Part shown: positions 38,188 through 52,300 of the stretch, in pieces
Numbering within the stretch: position 1 is the first letter of the stretch
Layout of the letters: the number at the start of each line of letters is the position of its first letter
Assembly (NCBI GenBank): GCA_951406725.2
Contig: OX597815.1
Coordinates: 35,402,001-35,466,000, forward strand
DNA: 64,000 nucleotides
Direction of reading: 5' to 3'
Origin: Octopus vulgaris
Taxonomy: Eukaryota
Position numbers and translations under genes: made by a program
The notes under the pieces: generated by a model
What the model was told of the DNA's origin: nothing
The model's database searches: none
What the model saw: only the letters and a program-made list of their open reading frames with translations

Positions 38188-38599
38188 GTTTGTCACTGTT
38201 ATTTATGACATCGTTCGTGCGTTTGTACTGGTTTTAGCTTTAGAGTTTTAGAGTTAGGGTTAGGGTTAGGGTTTTAGAGTTAGGGTTTTAGGTTTAGGGT
38301 TTTAGGGTTAGGGTTAAGGTTAGGGTTAGGGTTTTAGGGTTAGGGTTAGGGTAAAGGTTAGGGTTAGGTTAAGGTTTTAGGGTTAGAGTTACGGGAAAAA
38401 GTGAAAAATGAAGAAATCGGGGGGGGGAGCAAAAAAAGTATTTCCGAAAATAGTAACTGAAAAACAGGAAAATAACTAAAAGCAGTAGAAATGCACGAAC
38501 GATTGTGATGGTGCCATGACGTAAACATGCTTCAAATACACTCGTTTATTCATACAAATGTAACTGAGATGAAATATGTCACAAATAACAGTGACAAAC
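38188..38599. mobile_element. Inverted-repeat-bounded non-autonomous element carrying an interstitial (TTAGGG)n tract at 38232-38390
   Basis: GTTTGTCACTGTTATTTATGACAT versus ATGTCACAAATAACAGTGACAAAC (24 bp, 1 mismatch); inner pair ATCGTTCGTGCGTTT / AAATGCACGAACGAT. Confidence 0.7.
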
Positions 38600-38755
38600 C
38601 CCGCTGGAAGTTGTTGTTGACAAACAACAGCAGTAATTTTATTCAGCTGAATACACGTCATTGATTGGTTGAAATTACTGAAATACGACAACATTAACAC
38701 GAAAGAACTTTGAAAATAGAAACTTTTCTCAACATCACTAAGAGTAAAAGATGTT

Positions 38756-40358
38756 TTATATAACACACTCTACCAGTGTCCGAAGTCTGAAAGTGTTTAG
38801 TTACAAAAAATTAGTTTCTCGATCTGCCGTTCAAAGGGTAAAGATCCCTTATTTCAAATTATTACAGTGTCATCACCTCCTTCTAAGTGATGTTTAAATA
38901 AGAAAGGATCGAAATATATACCAGAGTGCAAATATTTTCGATCCAATCCTTGATTATTGTACCTGTACAGTCTCCTTAATCTGTCTGGAATAAATGCTCC
39001 GTATGATTGTGCCTCGGTCAAAGTCGTGTACCGTATTTGTCATATATTTACTCTTTTACTTGTTTTAGTCATTTGACTGCGACCATGCTGGAACACCGCC
39101 TTTAATCGAGCAACTCGACCCCGGGACTTATTCTTTTGTAAGCCCAGTACTTATTCTATCGGTCTCTTTTGCCGAACCGCTAAGTAACGGGGACATAAAC
39201 ACACCAGCATCAGTTGTCAAGCAATACTAGGGGGACAAACACAGACACACAAACATACACGCACACACACATATATATATATACATATATACGACGGGCT
39301 TCTTTCAGTTTCCGTCTACCAAATCCACTCACAAGGCATTGGTCGGTCCGGGGCTATAGCAGAAGACACTTGCCAAGGTGCCACGCAGTGGGACTGAACC
39401 CGGAACCATGATTTATATAACACATTCTACCAGTGTCCGAAGTCTGAAAGTGTTTAATTACAAAAAATTAGTTTCTCGATCTGCCGTTCAAAGGGTAAAG
39501 ATCCCTTATTTCAAATTATTACAGTGTCATCACCTCCTTCTAAGTGATGTTTAAATAAGAAAGGATCGAAATATATACCAGAGTGCAAATATTTTCGATC
39601 CAATCCTTGATTATTGTACCTGTACAGTCTCCTTAATCTGTCTGGAATAAATGCTCCGTATGATTGTGCCTCGGTCAAAGTCGTGTACCGTATTTGTCAT
39701 ATATTTACTCTTTTACTTGTTTTAGTCATTTGACTGCGACCATGCTGGAACACCGCCTTTAATCGAGCAACTCGACCCCGGGACTTATTCTTTTGTAAGC
39801 CCAGTACTTATTCTATCGGTCTCTTTTGCCGAACCGCTAAGTAACGGGGACATAAACACACCAGCATCAGTTGTCAAGCAATACTAGGGGGACACAGACA
39901 CACAAACATACACGCACACACACATATATATATACATATATACGACGGGCTTCTTTCAGTTTCCGTCTACCAAATCCACTCACAAGGCATTGGTCGGTCC
40001 GGGGCTATAGCAGAAGACACTTGCCAAGGTGCCACGCAGTGGGACTGAACCCGGAACCATGATTTATATAACACATTCTACCAGTGTCCGAAGTCTGAAA
40101 GTGTTTAATTACAAAAAATTAGTTTCTCGATCTGCCGTTCAAAGGGTAAAGATCCCTTATTTCAAATTATTACAGTGTCATCACCTCCTTCTAAGTGATG
40201 TTTAAATAAGAAAGGATCGAAATATATACCAGAGTGCAAATATTTTCGATCCAATCCTTGATTATTGTACCTGTACAGTCTCCTGAATCTGTCTGGAATA
40301 AATGCTCCGTATGATTGTGCCTTGGTCAAAGTCGTATACCGTATTTGGCACATATTTA
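38756..40358. repeat. Tandem array A-S-A-S-A (A = ~295-bp LINE remnant; S = 5'-truncated CORE-like SINE on the minus strand)
   Basis: CTACCAGTGTCCG at 38770, 39427 and 40078 (periods 657 and 651 bp). Confidence 0.9.
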
Positions 40359-43190
40359 TACAACTTCTTATCTCATCGAAGTGTTAGCGTATTGCTCAGT
40401 GAACAAAGCTGCCGACTCGAATAAGTTTGTGAGTGCACGTACACTTGGCAAGCACTGAACAACCGAAAATAATGTAGTGAATTGTCTCATTGTACTTGTT
40501 ATAAAGTCTGCACTCGATATTAACACTTTTTTTTTCCATCATTTTATTTTTGTCATACTTGCTTCTACTTTTAGACCAGAGCTTTTGAGCCATTGTTAGC
40601 TTTCACTCTGGCTTACTTCCTCTTTGTCAAGTCTTACAGGATATTGGTCGTATAGTGGTTTTTCCTCCTTTTTTCTTTTCTCCATTTTCATCTTTCTTTA
40701 TTATATTTTGGAACACCATTTTGTAGTGTGCCTTACTTTTTAAAATATTTTCTTTTCTTTTCACCTGATCTAAATCTGTATTTAGTTTGCACATTGTTGT
40801 TTTCTTATATGTATATTTTTCTTCCTTTTCTTCAATACTTCCCGATGACAATTAACAATCTTTGTTTGCTTGTTTCTAAATATTTTTCTAGCATTATTAT
40901 TATTTATTTGTACTAGTTATCTATTGTATCAGAATTCGTGCTCCAATTGTGCTGATCACGCCTTTTTTTATTTAAGTTTTTGAAATCGCTTTACTTCCGG
41001 TTTCTTATGATGAAGAGCTGGCAGAAACGTTAGCACGCCGGGCGAAATACTTAGCGGTACGTTGTGAGTTCAAATTCCGCCGAGGTCGATTTTGCCTTTC
41101 ATCCTTTCGGGGTCGATAAATTAAGTACCAGTTACGCACTGGGGTCGATGTAATCGACTTAATACCTATGTCTATCCTTGTTTGTCCCCTCTGTGTTTAG
41201 CCCCTAGTGGGCAATAAAGAAATAGGTATAGTTTATAACTGGGATTGCTAGTGTATTTATGCTTATTACTGGATCGTATTTCTTGTATTTAGTTCAGTTT
41301 TAATACAAATCTGTTTCGAAAGACAGTGAGCTGGCAGAATCGTTAGCACTCCAGACTAAAAATGTTTAACGCCATTTCTTCCAATTTTAAGTTCGGAGTT
41401 CAAATTTCGCAACGTCGACTTATGCTGTCCATCATTTCGAGGTCGATAAAATGAGTGTTGCGAGACCACTTTATATTATTGCATGCTTTTACAATTTCGA
41501 TGATTGTACCTAAGTTAATGTAACTGTTCTGATTTAATTTCCTCTTTTTATAGCAGCTTTCCATATGTATCTCATCTTTATATCTTGGCTGAAATTATTC
41601 ATAATTTTCAGTTTAATTAATATATTTTCCAACAGGATATTATCCCATGTAAATATTTTAAAGTCATCATATAAAGGCGATAGATTATTTTGTCCATAAC
41701 ATGCATCATCATTGATTGTTTCACTTAGCAGATTTCTTAATGGAAACAACACTAAGTAAAAGAGTAGATAAGATAATAAACTTTATTGACATATTTCTCT
41801 TATTAGTTTAAGGCTGATTTTACTTAACATCTCTTTGTCTAATATGGATTGAATTATTTTCAATTTTGACACGGTACGCTTGATGTAACTAGTAGATATT
41901 GGAGCAGATTTATTTATGTGGAATGTCTAAAGTATCCAAAGGTGAGATATTCTACTACTACTATTCAGTAATCAATCCAAGCTATGCTAAGGTTATTTTC
42001 GTTTTTTTTTTCTGTCCTATATAATACCCTGACTCACTAGAAGCTGTTTCCGAGAGCAATACATCCTATTTCGGAAACATTTTTGCGTCCATGTTAAAAT
42101 ATTATTACACATTAGTTGAGTAACCAACAGCTGTTGTAGAATCTGGACGTAAAAAAAAAAACTTTGTTGTTGACAAACAAGTTATTGTTCTATAGTTCTG
42201 GAGGTTTCTGGTGGTTTTACTTTAGTGAATTAATGTTGTTCTCCCCACTAGTAGCGATTCTTGTGTTGATTTTGACTTGTTTACCAGTTCATTAAATTCT
42301 GCAGCCATAACGCATGTATACTGCTCAGTTACTTGGTTAAAAATTAAAGACCTTGTTGATCATAGGAGCTTTCAGTTGCTTTTTTTTTGTTATTGTGTTG
42401 GTAAGGCCATTGCCAGCTAAAGTGACTCATGCTTGGTGTATTGTTATATTTTTGCCTCTTCCCCTTCTGTTCCATTATTACTTCATATTGTACTGAATCT
42501 TTATATATATATATATATTCCCTCTTTGTATTTCCGTTGGTGTTGGTGTATCCACCGGTTTTGGAGAGGCGGCTGTTATTAATGTCCTTGTAAAACCTTT
42601 TGATATTTTATTCAAACAAAATATTTTGTCCACTTTACAGAAATGCTGATATTTTCCAAAGCTGCTTATCCTGTACATCTTTGCTAATATGATTTGCTTA
42701 AGTTCTTCCTTAGCTTCCAGAGTGTCATTTCCATTGATATTTTCGTTGTTTTTCTTTTTCACTTTAGATCTCTAGCAAAGCAATGACTGATTTTACCATA
42801 TTTTTGTTTTTACTTATTTGTTTTTCCATTTTTATGCAATATATTTCCCACGCATCTTTTTATACCTTCGGCTGGCGAAGGTGTAACTCTTAAGATCGAG
42901 CCAGGTTTCCCTTGATACCACGACAGGTACAGTAAAGATTAGATCATTCAGTCTATTTACTTTAGAGCAGTTTGTATCGGTGAACAGAATTTTTTTGCAG
43001 GGACATATTTTTTCAGTCTTTCTTAGAGCTACTTCTTCGTGTCGAGCTTAAGAAACTTCAACATTTCGGATGTTCCTCTGCTATTGATTTGCTATAATGC
43101 TTTGCTTGCTTCTTCTGTGGTGAGTCTCTTATATTTTCATTGATGTATTCATTATTGCTATGCGTTGACAAAAAAAGTTTTCTTCCTTTT
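40063..43190 (-). pseudogene. Heavily decayed R4/Dong-like LINE (RT plus zinc knuckle/RLE), interrupted by SINEs
   Basis: Minus-strand remnants: *KAP..GRTTLI (~42230-42380), LSTLL.LVLFPL..LL, LYDDFKIF (YMDD-like, ~41655-41680), CRLYNKYNETIHYIIFGCSVLAK (~40445-40515). Confidence 0.6.
41012..41230 (+). mobile_element. Nin/Deu-domain SINE
   Basis: GAGCTGGCAGAAACGTTAGCACGCCGGGCG...GCCTTTCATCCTTTCGGGGTCGATAAATTAAGTACC...AAAGAAATAGG. Confidence 0.85.
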
Positions 43191-43420
43191 GTGAAGTCGT
43201 ATGTATTTTGCATGTACATGGTTTGTATCAAAAAGTTCCAGGACTAGTTATGTTTAATAAAAATAAATAATTCATTTACATAAGTTTTAACATTATTTCC
43301 TTCGAAATAGTCACCTTGCTCAACAATACACTGGTTTATTCGGTTGTTGGCAGTTTTTTTTTTCTAAATTTCAATGTCTCTTTTCTTATGGGTTTAATAT
43401 TTCAACCTTTGTTATTGTTT

Positions 43421-44127
43421 ATTAGGGCGGCCCACTCCGCCTTCAGCCAACGTGTATTCTTCAATCACGCGCTGACCACCCGGACAAAGATCATGGTCTT
43501 CCGTACCATTGTCCTGTCAACTCTACGCTTGTGAGACTTGGACGTTGTACCGCCGTGACTTCAAGCGTCTTATATGCTTCCAGCAATCGAAGCTACGACA
43601 GATCATCAACATACAATGGGAAGATCACGTTACCAACTAGGAGGTTCTTCGCCGCACCTTACTACCAAGTATCGAAGCCACCATTCTACATCATCGCCTA
43701 CGCTGGGCGGGTCACGTCCAGCGTATAGAGTCCTCTCGTCTTTCAAGGAGAACTTGCAATCGGAACACGATCCAGAGGAGGTCCGAAATTCCGTTTTAAA
43801 GACCAGCTCAAACAGACCTTGGCTCAAACTAACATCCAGCCGTCCTCATGGGAACAGATTGCCACGAATAGGACAGCCTGGAGGACTGCTATCCGCAATG
43901 GAGCCAGCTCCTTCGAGCAGAACAGAAGGAGGAGGCAAAACGCAGGGGTAGAAAGGAGCGTCTTCAACATTCTCGACCTGCACCGACCATCTCGTGCGAA
44001 TTCTGCCCATGATTCTTTCACCACCGACTTGGACTCCAAAGTCACTTTCGGCACAAACATCAACCGAGGAGACTGGGTGGAAACTGATGAACACAATACT
44101 CGGATACGAGCTGGAGTCGACTATTAT
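43421..44127 (+). pseudogene. 5'-truncated RTE-BovB-like LINE 3' end
   Basis: TKIMVFRTIVLSTL..CETWTLY, RLRWAGHVQR, RGGPKFRFKDQLK, WEQIATNRTAWR and a terminal C2H2-like CEFC..H...H. Confidence 0.9.
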
Positions 44128-44160
44128 TTATTATAAATCTACGTAGATTTGTGTGTTTAA

Positions 44161-44227
<67 letters not shown>

Positions 44228-44429
44228 TATATATATATTTTCCTCACTTTTCCTTAATTTATAAATCTCTTCTAGAGTGCTTCTAAATGTTGAATATAGT
44301 GTTGATATGTAATAGTAATGTAGTACTTCAATGTAGTGTTCATTGATCCAACGTTTCCTTTTAATTTTGTTTTATCATAATAACCCTAATTATCAGTTAA
44401 TTAGCCAAGCATTATGAATTTACATCTCC

Positions 44430-45560
44430 CCTGATATAGTCATTTCGTCGTTCTCTGAAAACTGCTAGGATGTGTTTTTTTTTTTTTATAAACTCTTTTC
44501 AATAGATTTCATAATACTGGCATAGTTTCCCGTTTTTAAAGCTCTGTCATGATCGTTCAATTCCTTTTGACTGAGACCAAGTTGCTAGAAAACAATGAGA
44601 TTGATTTTTAACATCACAATCTCCACTTATTCAGCAGTTACATGTTACAGTCTGGTGGACTTCAGTAGTTTCTCACGAAAGATCTTTAATCTTTTGTTAC
44701 TATTAGAAACATTCCGACTTCAGCTTTGAATCCAGCGTTTCTCAATCAGATCTAATTTTTTTTTTATCCGCTTCCACTTTGTTCATTATTATTGACTATG
44801 CAAGAGATTTTCTAACCAACGTCTTCGCATAACATTTTGGAGCCAGACTTCATTTTGTTTTTACTTTTTTTTTTGTTAATTTTTAGCCACATTTGTTGTA
44901 TTTTTCCTTCGCCTGTATCACTATAATTTGTTACTTCGGTTTCTATTTTCTATATTCATTGGCTTCCTTGAAAACAGAAAACAAAATAGGCTTTCATTTT
45001 GTTTATGTCGTGTGTTATTAATTGTGATATTTTCCCCTATATTCTTTACAATATATATTTTATAGCCTAATAGTACATATTTAATGATAGTTTTCTAATT
45101 GCAATACCCGTCTACATCCTTGTGTTCGTGATAAATATAATCATCGGTGTCAGATTTTGGTTAAGATATTCTAAATAAATTTAATCATTATTTTCCTTGC
45201 TTGTCGGACTTGCTAATTCACTTAACACCCAGTTGTGAATACTCCAACACTAACTTATAACTGGAACAGCTAAACCATTCATTCTGTATTCTTTTTCTCA
45301 GTTAGACTCAGTTCTAATGCGTATATGGCATTTCCTTGTAATCTTTCCTTTCATATATATATGCTGTACTCTTACTTGTAAGTTTGGCTCTTGTTTTATT
45401 TTATCTCCGTTTCAATGTTGAGAATATTATTGTATTTCTTTCTAGTTCCCACTCTTCAATGCCAATTTCCTTGCCGAATTTGTTCGTTGTATGTGACATG
45501 GCTCCCAGTTTTTGTGATCTGTAGTGCAAAGTTGGACCTCATGGTTGCTTGATGTCCTAT
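44430..45560 (-). pseudogene. Decayed R4/Dong-like LINE fragment
   Basis: Minus-strand remnants NGLAVPVIS, GFKAEVG (GLKxETEG-like) and HDR. Confidence 0.45.
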
Positions 45561-45699
45561 AGTGGTGGTATTGCATTTAGCTTGGATTAGCATGCATGGA
45601 TTAGCATGAAATGTTATCCCCAGTCAGAAATGGAGTAACGAACTGGAAATTCACCACCACCACCACACGCGCGCGCGCACACTTACAAACACACACCTG

Positions 45700-46750
45700 A
45701 TTGAATTTCGCTGGCTTCATGGCTCTACCTCTTTTTTTTTAACACTGGAGTCATCCGCAGAAAGCGGCTCTGCCCATGGCCTTCACAGTCCTTTCAAGAC
45801 CATAGTTAATGACTCATTTGAGTAGCTACAATTAGACAACTACAGAGTAAACATGCGCTAGTTGGGATTCCACGGAGTCTGACGTTTTGGGTGGGAAAGA
45901 CCGTTGTAGTGGTTAATGAAAGACCTATAGTGAACACAATATGTATGACGAAAGGAGAAGTGATAAGGGAATCGTGAGTGCCTAAGGTTGCACGAGACCC
46001 GTCGGTTCTGAGCAGCAACATCTGAAGTAGTAGTATCAGTAGAAAAGATCGAGAGCGGAGATATGTTGGCAACTGACTTAATTCCAACAATGTAACTTAA
46101 TTCCAACAACTTAATGAGTTGGCGACTGATTTAATTCCAACAAATCGAATCTTTTTTTTTATGCAGTCCATACTTCCAACAATATCATCCTAGATGCTGA
46201 GACAGCACCCCATCATGGTCCCAACCCCAGCTTTGTAGAGGAAAGATATTTTCTGGCTCTGTTCATGAAGTCAGAGTAAATCTTGTATGATGTTCTTTAG
46301 TTGCGTGTGGATGACGCTCGAGTGCAGAAGATTATAGTGGATGATATCATCTGCGTAAGAATGGATGCTGTTGAAGGCGACATGCGGACCGTAGTGGTAT
46401 GGAGCAGTGTGAAAAAACTAGAGCCAATCTAGAGACACATGAAAGTTGACAGAAAATGGATTAAAGAGAATTCCATAAGCACGTGCAGTGATGGTGAGAT
46501 TTGTTAGGAAGCCTATTATACGAGGAAGGAGATATAGATGGAGCTCATAAGCAAGCAGTTATGTGTGCCAGACACATTCAAATGCTTTGCTAATGTCGAA
46601 TGTGACAACGCTATTTTCACTGTATTTCGCGAGTGCGAAAGTCGACCGATGAGTAACATAAGAAAGTATGCCTCCATTAGACCTGGTATTGTGAAAGCCA
46701 CACTTGCAGTCATTAAGGAAAGGAGAGATTCAAGCTGTCGTTAATGGCTA
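45700..46750 (-). pseudogene. Decayed CR1/Jockey-group LINE RT and 3' end
   Basis: GFHNTRSNGGILSYVTHR..ENSVVTFDISKAFECVWH; SIHSYADD (YADD at 46346-46357); C-terminal SIF..YYHFRCC..PW motif. Confidence 0.8.
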
Positions 46751-46881
46751 CCTACATTACATTTGATTGCTAGAAATAAGTGTGATAAAACAATAGATAA
46801 GCAGGGTCACAGCAGGTGTCAGCTTTGGTAAAAGAATACATTATATCGTATTTCCAAACATTGGGATATATACAGAGACGA

Positions 46882-46954
<73 letters not shown>

Positions 46955-47777
46955 ACGAGAGAGAGGTGGAGCACTTTTATGTATGACTAAGGTTTCTAGA
47001 ATACTTGAGTCCGAAAAACTGTTAAGAATATTCTGGTAATAAAATCCTACCATTTCTCAGAGTATTCTTTCTTCTCTCACAGGCTTCAGATATGGTTTTA
47101 TTGATCCATAATCGATCTTTACATCCATAACAAACTTCCAGCACCACTTTTTTTTTCCTTCTGGAACTATGTTGGTTTTTCCAGGTGAGCATTTACCCTT
47201 TGAGATAAGATGTTTTATTGCATCCACGAAGGTTATGGGTCTGTTGCTTTGGGTGCTTAATGTTTCTCCAATCTGGATTACGATTTTATGCATCTATGTA
47301 TGTATACATTTATTTAAATACGCATGTGTGCATATATGAATATATATATATATATTCATACATACGTACACACCGTTAAGTACATATATATATGTTTATG
47401 TGTATGTATGCATATAAGTACGTATAGATATACACATACATATAAATGCATATTCTTTTATAACTATCCCTATAAATTTTGGGTTGTTATTTATCTTTGT
47501 GGTTATGTATGTACAACTTAAAATACTTTTGTTTGTCTCTTTCATGGTATCATAATGTGTATATTTTTAAACGAATGCACACACACAGAGTAATTCTTTC
47601 TCTCGTTCCTACATACAAACACAAAAACATATACGCTCAAATGTGTGTGTGTGCCTATGTATAAATATGTCTGCATGTTTATGTATTAGTGTGTGTGTGT
47701 GTAGAAATGTATGACAATCCTTACCAACGTGTGCTTTTAGCAAAACAACAATTTAGCATCGCTGTTAAAAATAAGTG

Positions 47778-47965
47778 GTTAGGAGTGGCTGTATGGTAAG
47801 TAGCTCGCTTACAAACCACATGGTTCCGGGTTCAGTCCCACTGCGTGGCACCTTGGGCAAATGTCTTCTACTATAGCCTCGGGCCGACCAAAGCCTTGTG
47901 AGTGGATTTGGTAGACAGAAACTGAAAGATGCCTGTCGTGTATATATGTGTTTGTGTGTGTGTGT
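47778..47965 (+). mobile_element. CORE-like SINE 5' half
   Basis: AGGAGTGGCTGTATGGTAAGTAGC...GGCACCTTGGGCAAATGTCTTCTACTATAGCCTCGGG. Confidence 0.85.
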
Positions 47966-48413
47966 GTATGGACCAATGGTTACGATATCTTTCGGTATTA
48001 CAAAAATGGTCGTCAGGAAGACTTTTAGCATTAAAAAATCAGAAAGTATGATTATGTCGTGGATATCGATTTATTAATTGATTAAACCACCCTCGCATTT
48101 TTATTAAAAATTCACCGACCACGAGTAATTCTGGATTTTTATCGTATAGTTCGTGGTCCCATCCTAGATGCGAAGGGGGTCGCGAGGACGGTTAATAGTG
48201 AAAATAAAATGTAAGGAGCGTGTGCCAGTATATAGTGTGTATGATTATTTAGTGGTTATTGAAGTGTATTAGTCTCGAGCAGGATTCGAAACGGCTAATC
48301 GAAGCGACTGTTGTTTACATCTCAGTTTTGTCAATCAAAATAACCCATGGTACCAGAACATCCAGATATTATTCGCATGTATGTATGTATGTATGTATGT
48401 ATGTAAGTATACA

Positions 48414-48476
<63 letters not shown>

Positions 48477-49089
48477 GTGTGTGCATGAGTGTGCATAGCC
48501 GTAATTTGCGTACAGGGAATTAAATCGGTGCGGTGAACAAGAATGTTTTGCCGTATTTATTTCTCACCGACCTGTCTATTTTTACTACAAGAACTGCCAA
48601 TTACGAGGTCGTTAAAACAAATACCACAAATATACCAGAATCGATCAAATTGGTTAACACTTGTGAAGACAGTATCCCTGTTTGACCGCGGTCCAGCAAC
48701 TAAAATCGTGAAAAATATATTTACGTATGTTTGTATGTATGTTTTTTCTATGGCATTTAAGCTGGCAGAATTCTAGTTGGTTGCTTACAAAGTGAAAATG
48801 TTTTTGTTCGTTTTTCGGTTTTGCTTTGTTTTGTTTTTTTAAGAGTCAAGACACTTTCAGAGATATTTCAGTGTTAATGAGATAACGAATGCACATAAGC
48901 TGGCATAATTCTAGGTGTGCTTCCAAATATGAAATGAATGCCAGTGTCTTCTTCGAACATGAGACACATGCACACGCATTAAAACACATACGAACATAAA
49001 TACATACATACGAACGCAAATGCACACATACGCACACAAATATGAATGCACATATACGCAAACACACATTCATATATGTATATATATGT

Positions 49090-49520
49090 ATATATATATA
49101 TATAAACAGCAAAATGTCTGTGTATCTGTGTGTCCTTTATACAAATCCAGTTTTTCACGTAATAGGCTTGCATTTTCTATGGGCTTTCTAAACTGTCTGA
49201 GGGTAGTCGTGAAGATCTTTTCATTTCCCCAGTCATCCCAGAAAGCCATTAAAAAAATTGGTTAACCGAACCCTTATGCCCAACAGTTGAATGCGCATGC
49301 GCATTTGCAGACAGTCTGTATGACTGTCTGCATTTGTGTGTTTTGCGAAGACGCGTTATCATATGTTTTGGCTTTCAAACGTGCACGCTTTTTTAATTTG
49401 AGAAATGCAGGGAATAATTAACGAGTTAGACCAAGTGAATGACAAGAGAGTGAGATTTTCATGAAAGACCAAATATGCTTGACTAGCATTAAACCCGGCA
49501 ACGCAGGGTCATAGTGCTAG
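49090..49520 (+). mobile_element. Short non-autonomous Helitron
   Basis: 3' hairpin CCCGGCAACGCAGGG then ..TGCTAG|T; 5' TATATAAACAGCAAAATGTCTGTG resembles the 5' end of the 62394-63549 element. Confidence 0.6.
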
Positions 49521-49588
49521 TTGAATCGCTAGCTTCTGCACGCATTTTTTTTCTCTCCTTGTTTCTCTTCGTGTTTCTTTTCTGTGTA

Positions 49589-49626
49589 TCTTTCTGTTGA
49601 AGAGCGTAGGCTCGAAACGTAAAAGA
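49589..49626 (+). ncRNA. Minimal type I hammerhead-like motif (A6U core variant) in pLTR-like repeat 49521-49725
   Basis: UCUUU-CUGUUGA-A-GAGC-GUAG-GCUC-GAA-ACGU-A-AAAGA: 5-bp stem I, stem II, palindromic stem III, GUA triplet. Confidence 0.5.
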
Positions 49627-50383
49627 CTTGTTTTATTTATATTCCTGAGCGCCATACTAATACAATTTTTTGTTTGTACTCCACCTGCCTTCGTCTTTTG
49701 TTTATTTTCATAAAGCTTCCCGTTATATATATATATATATATATGAGTGTGTGTGTATGTATATGCACATATATATATATGTATTATGCATGTATGTATT
49801 TGTGCGTGTATGCAAATATATATAGAACATTAATAGTTATAAACTCATATATATATATGCACACACACACACATGTTTATGGTTCAAAGATTGGTGTTGC
49901 TCGTGTCTGTGTCTCTTTATTTCTTGCAACTTAGCAGTTCGACAACTACAGAGAATTTTAAAAAATCAATCTGAAATAAAAATAGGGTCGATACGATCGA
50001 CAAAACCCTTGAAGTTGGTGCCTTACATAGCTGCACTTTAATGACGGAGATGAGTAAATTGAGAAAACAAAATATGTGAAGGCATGTGCACTTGTGTCTG
50101 TGGTGTATGTATGTATGTATGTATGTATGTATGTATGTATGTATGTATGTATGTATGTGTATGTATGTGTATGTATAGATATATTCATATGCAGTGTTAA
50201 TATCAATATTTACAAATTATATATATGAATATATGTACTTGCTTATTCATACACACACACACACACATATATATATGTATACATACACACACACACAAAC
50301 ATATATAATTACACCTCTATGAATATATATGTGCATAGTGATATTTATATATACACTTACACAAATACGCACATAGAAATGTG

Positions 50384-50470
<87 letters not shown>

Positions 50471-51739
50471 CCATAATGTATGTATGCATGTATACGTGTA
50501 TGTATGTATGTATGTATGGCTATCCGTAATATTGGCATAGACTTTAGAGCTAGCAGTAAAAATGGAATAATTGTGTCATTTCCGGAACACGTATGGTTGA
50601 GTTTTCCGGAAGGTTGTCAGCAAAATTAAAGCAAAAAAAGAGAAAAAATAGCAACTAGTTAATAAACTGTTCTGCTTCTATTTCAATCTTCAATACTCTC
50701 TACTCCTCCACCCCCTTTAGGTCATGAGCGTTTCTTAATATACTGAAAGACTACACATTATGACAGCTGACGTGTTTTATTGTAACTTTAAAGTCTCTCG
50801 TCATTTTGTACGAACTAATGTAATATTCGAAGTGTAGATTGTTTTGTCACACAATCATACGATTGTTAAATTGTTCTACATAAACAAAGTTAAAGTAATT
50901 TCCGTATTATGCAAATTCTACGTAAAAGAATGTTGGAACTATTATGGTTGCATTTTGTCGGAACTCAACAATCATTTATTTGTTTACTTATTTTTCTCTC
51001 TCTAAATATTTCATGTGTTCAAATTTTGGATAAAACTTAGAGGAAATTCTAACATAATTTTGACGAACAATTTGTAATCTGAACTCTTTCTATAAACCGT
51101 TGACCTCTGGTGGCTCTTCATATTAACTGGTGAACTCCGATGAACTGCAGTGAACTCTGGTGACTTTTCCTCTAAGTCGGTGACCTTCGGTGACATTTTT
51201 AATGATATTCTGTGGGGGGAAGGCAGATGTGCCAATGGCCTTCACTAGCTATCTGTAAGGTTGGTGAGATTGACGCGGTTGATGTTTTTGAAAAATTGCA
51301 AGTTGACAAATGCTAGGTAAAACACAAGGTGGACGTTCCAGAGGGCAGATGTCTGGAGAAAGAATTCGTAGGTAAATGATTTTCACACATTCCCTGTCAG
51401 TAGTCACCTGGGTATATACAGATTCTCCACAGAACAACTGTTCGGAGGAAGACTCTAAGCAACTAATTATTGGTAAGTTTCTTCTTTATTGGAATCTTCG
51501 TCTAAACCAGTAATCTTCATATAATTGATCATTTGGATTCTTGCTATTAATCTATAAAGCATTCTACCAATCCATGTATCACTCTTCCATATGCATCTCC
51601 ACCATAATGGTTCTGTAATGTTCCCGCCAAGAATAACCATTAGATTCTCTGGATGTTTTGTATCCAATTTGATGTGGCACCCATTGAGTAGATTTACACC
51701 AAAACTATTCTTTTCCATTCACCAGGTTCACCAAAGCCG

Positions 51740-52300
51740 ACATGTAAACGCCAAATGCGAAGCACATCCGGTTACTTCAAACAACAAGGTCACCGGCCTT
51801 AAGAATTTCCCCTTCATTATCCTTAAGCAACGTGTCTGGTAGATGGCCTCTGTCCGCACCAAACACATCAATCTCAATTTACAGGGATATCTTCGAAACA
51901 TGCAACTGTGTGTCTCGTGCCATGAATGACAATTCTCTCTGACCTTACCAAAAATCGTACCAACACACTCACTTCCGATATCTCTGAGGTAACGGAGATA
52001 GTCACTAATAACAACCTTCTGCAACATGTTGAATTTTTCACTTCCTTAACGACAAACCACTACGGCTCCCGTTAAGTCAGGTCTACTCGTCTGTCTTATT
52101 CGTGGATGTTCCACGAGAAATTTCGTAGACTGTTGTTGTACAAGACACCAACATGGCTTTCGATTGTGTCTGGGGCGCCATTCTCCAAGCAAAACTGCTC
52201 GTCTATGGAAGCCAGTTGCGTCATGTTTTTTAAATCAGTGTCTTCCCAGCAGACTTCATCATTGTGACGTGTGCTTCCACCACACCAGTCAAATGAAAAT
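51740..52300 (+). pseudogene. Decayed CR1/Jockey-group LINE RT fragment
   Basis: NNKVTGLKNFPFIILKQ, LTSDISEVTEIVTNNNLLQHVE..HYGSR*VRST, VVVQDTNMAFDCVWGAILQAKLLVYG. Confidence 0.75.

Noticed and set aside
43215-43320. Mariner-like terminal sequence
   Set aside because: Only one putative end seen; no partner TIR or transposase.
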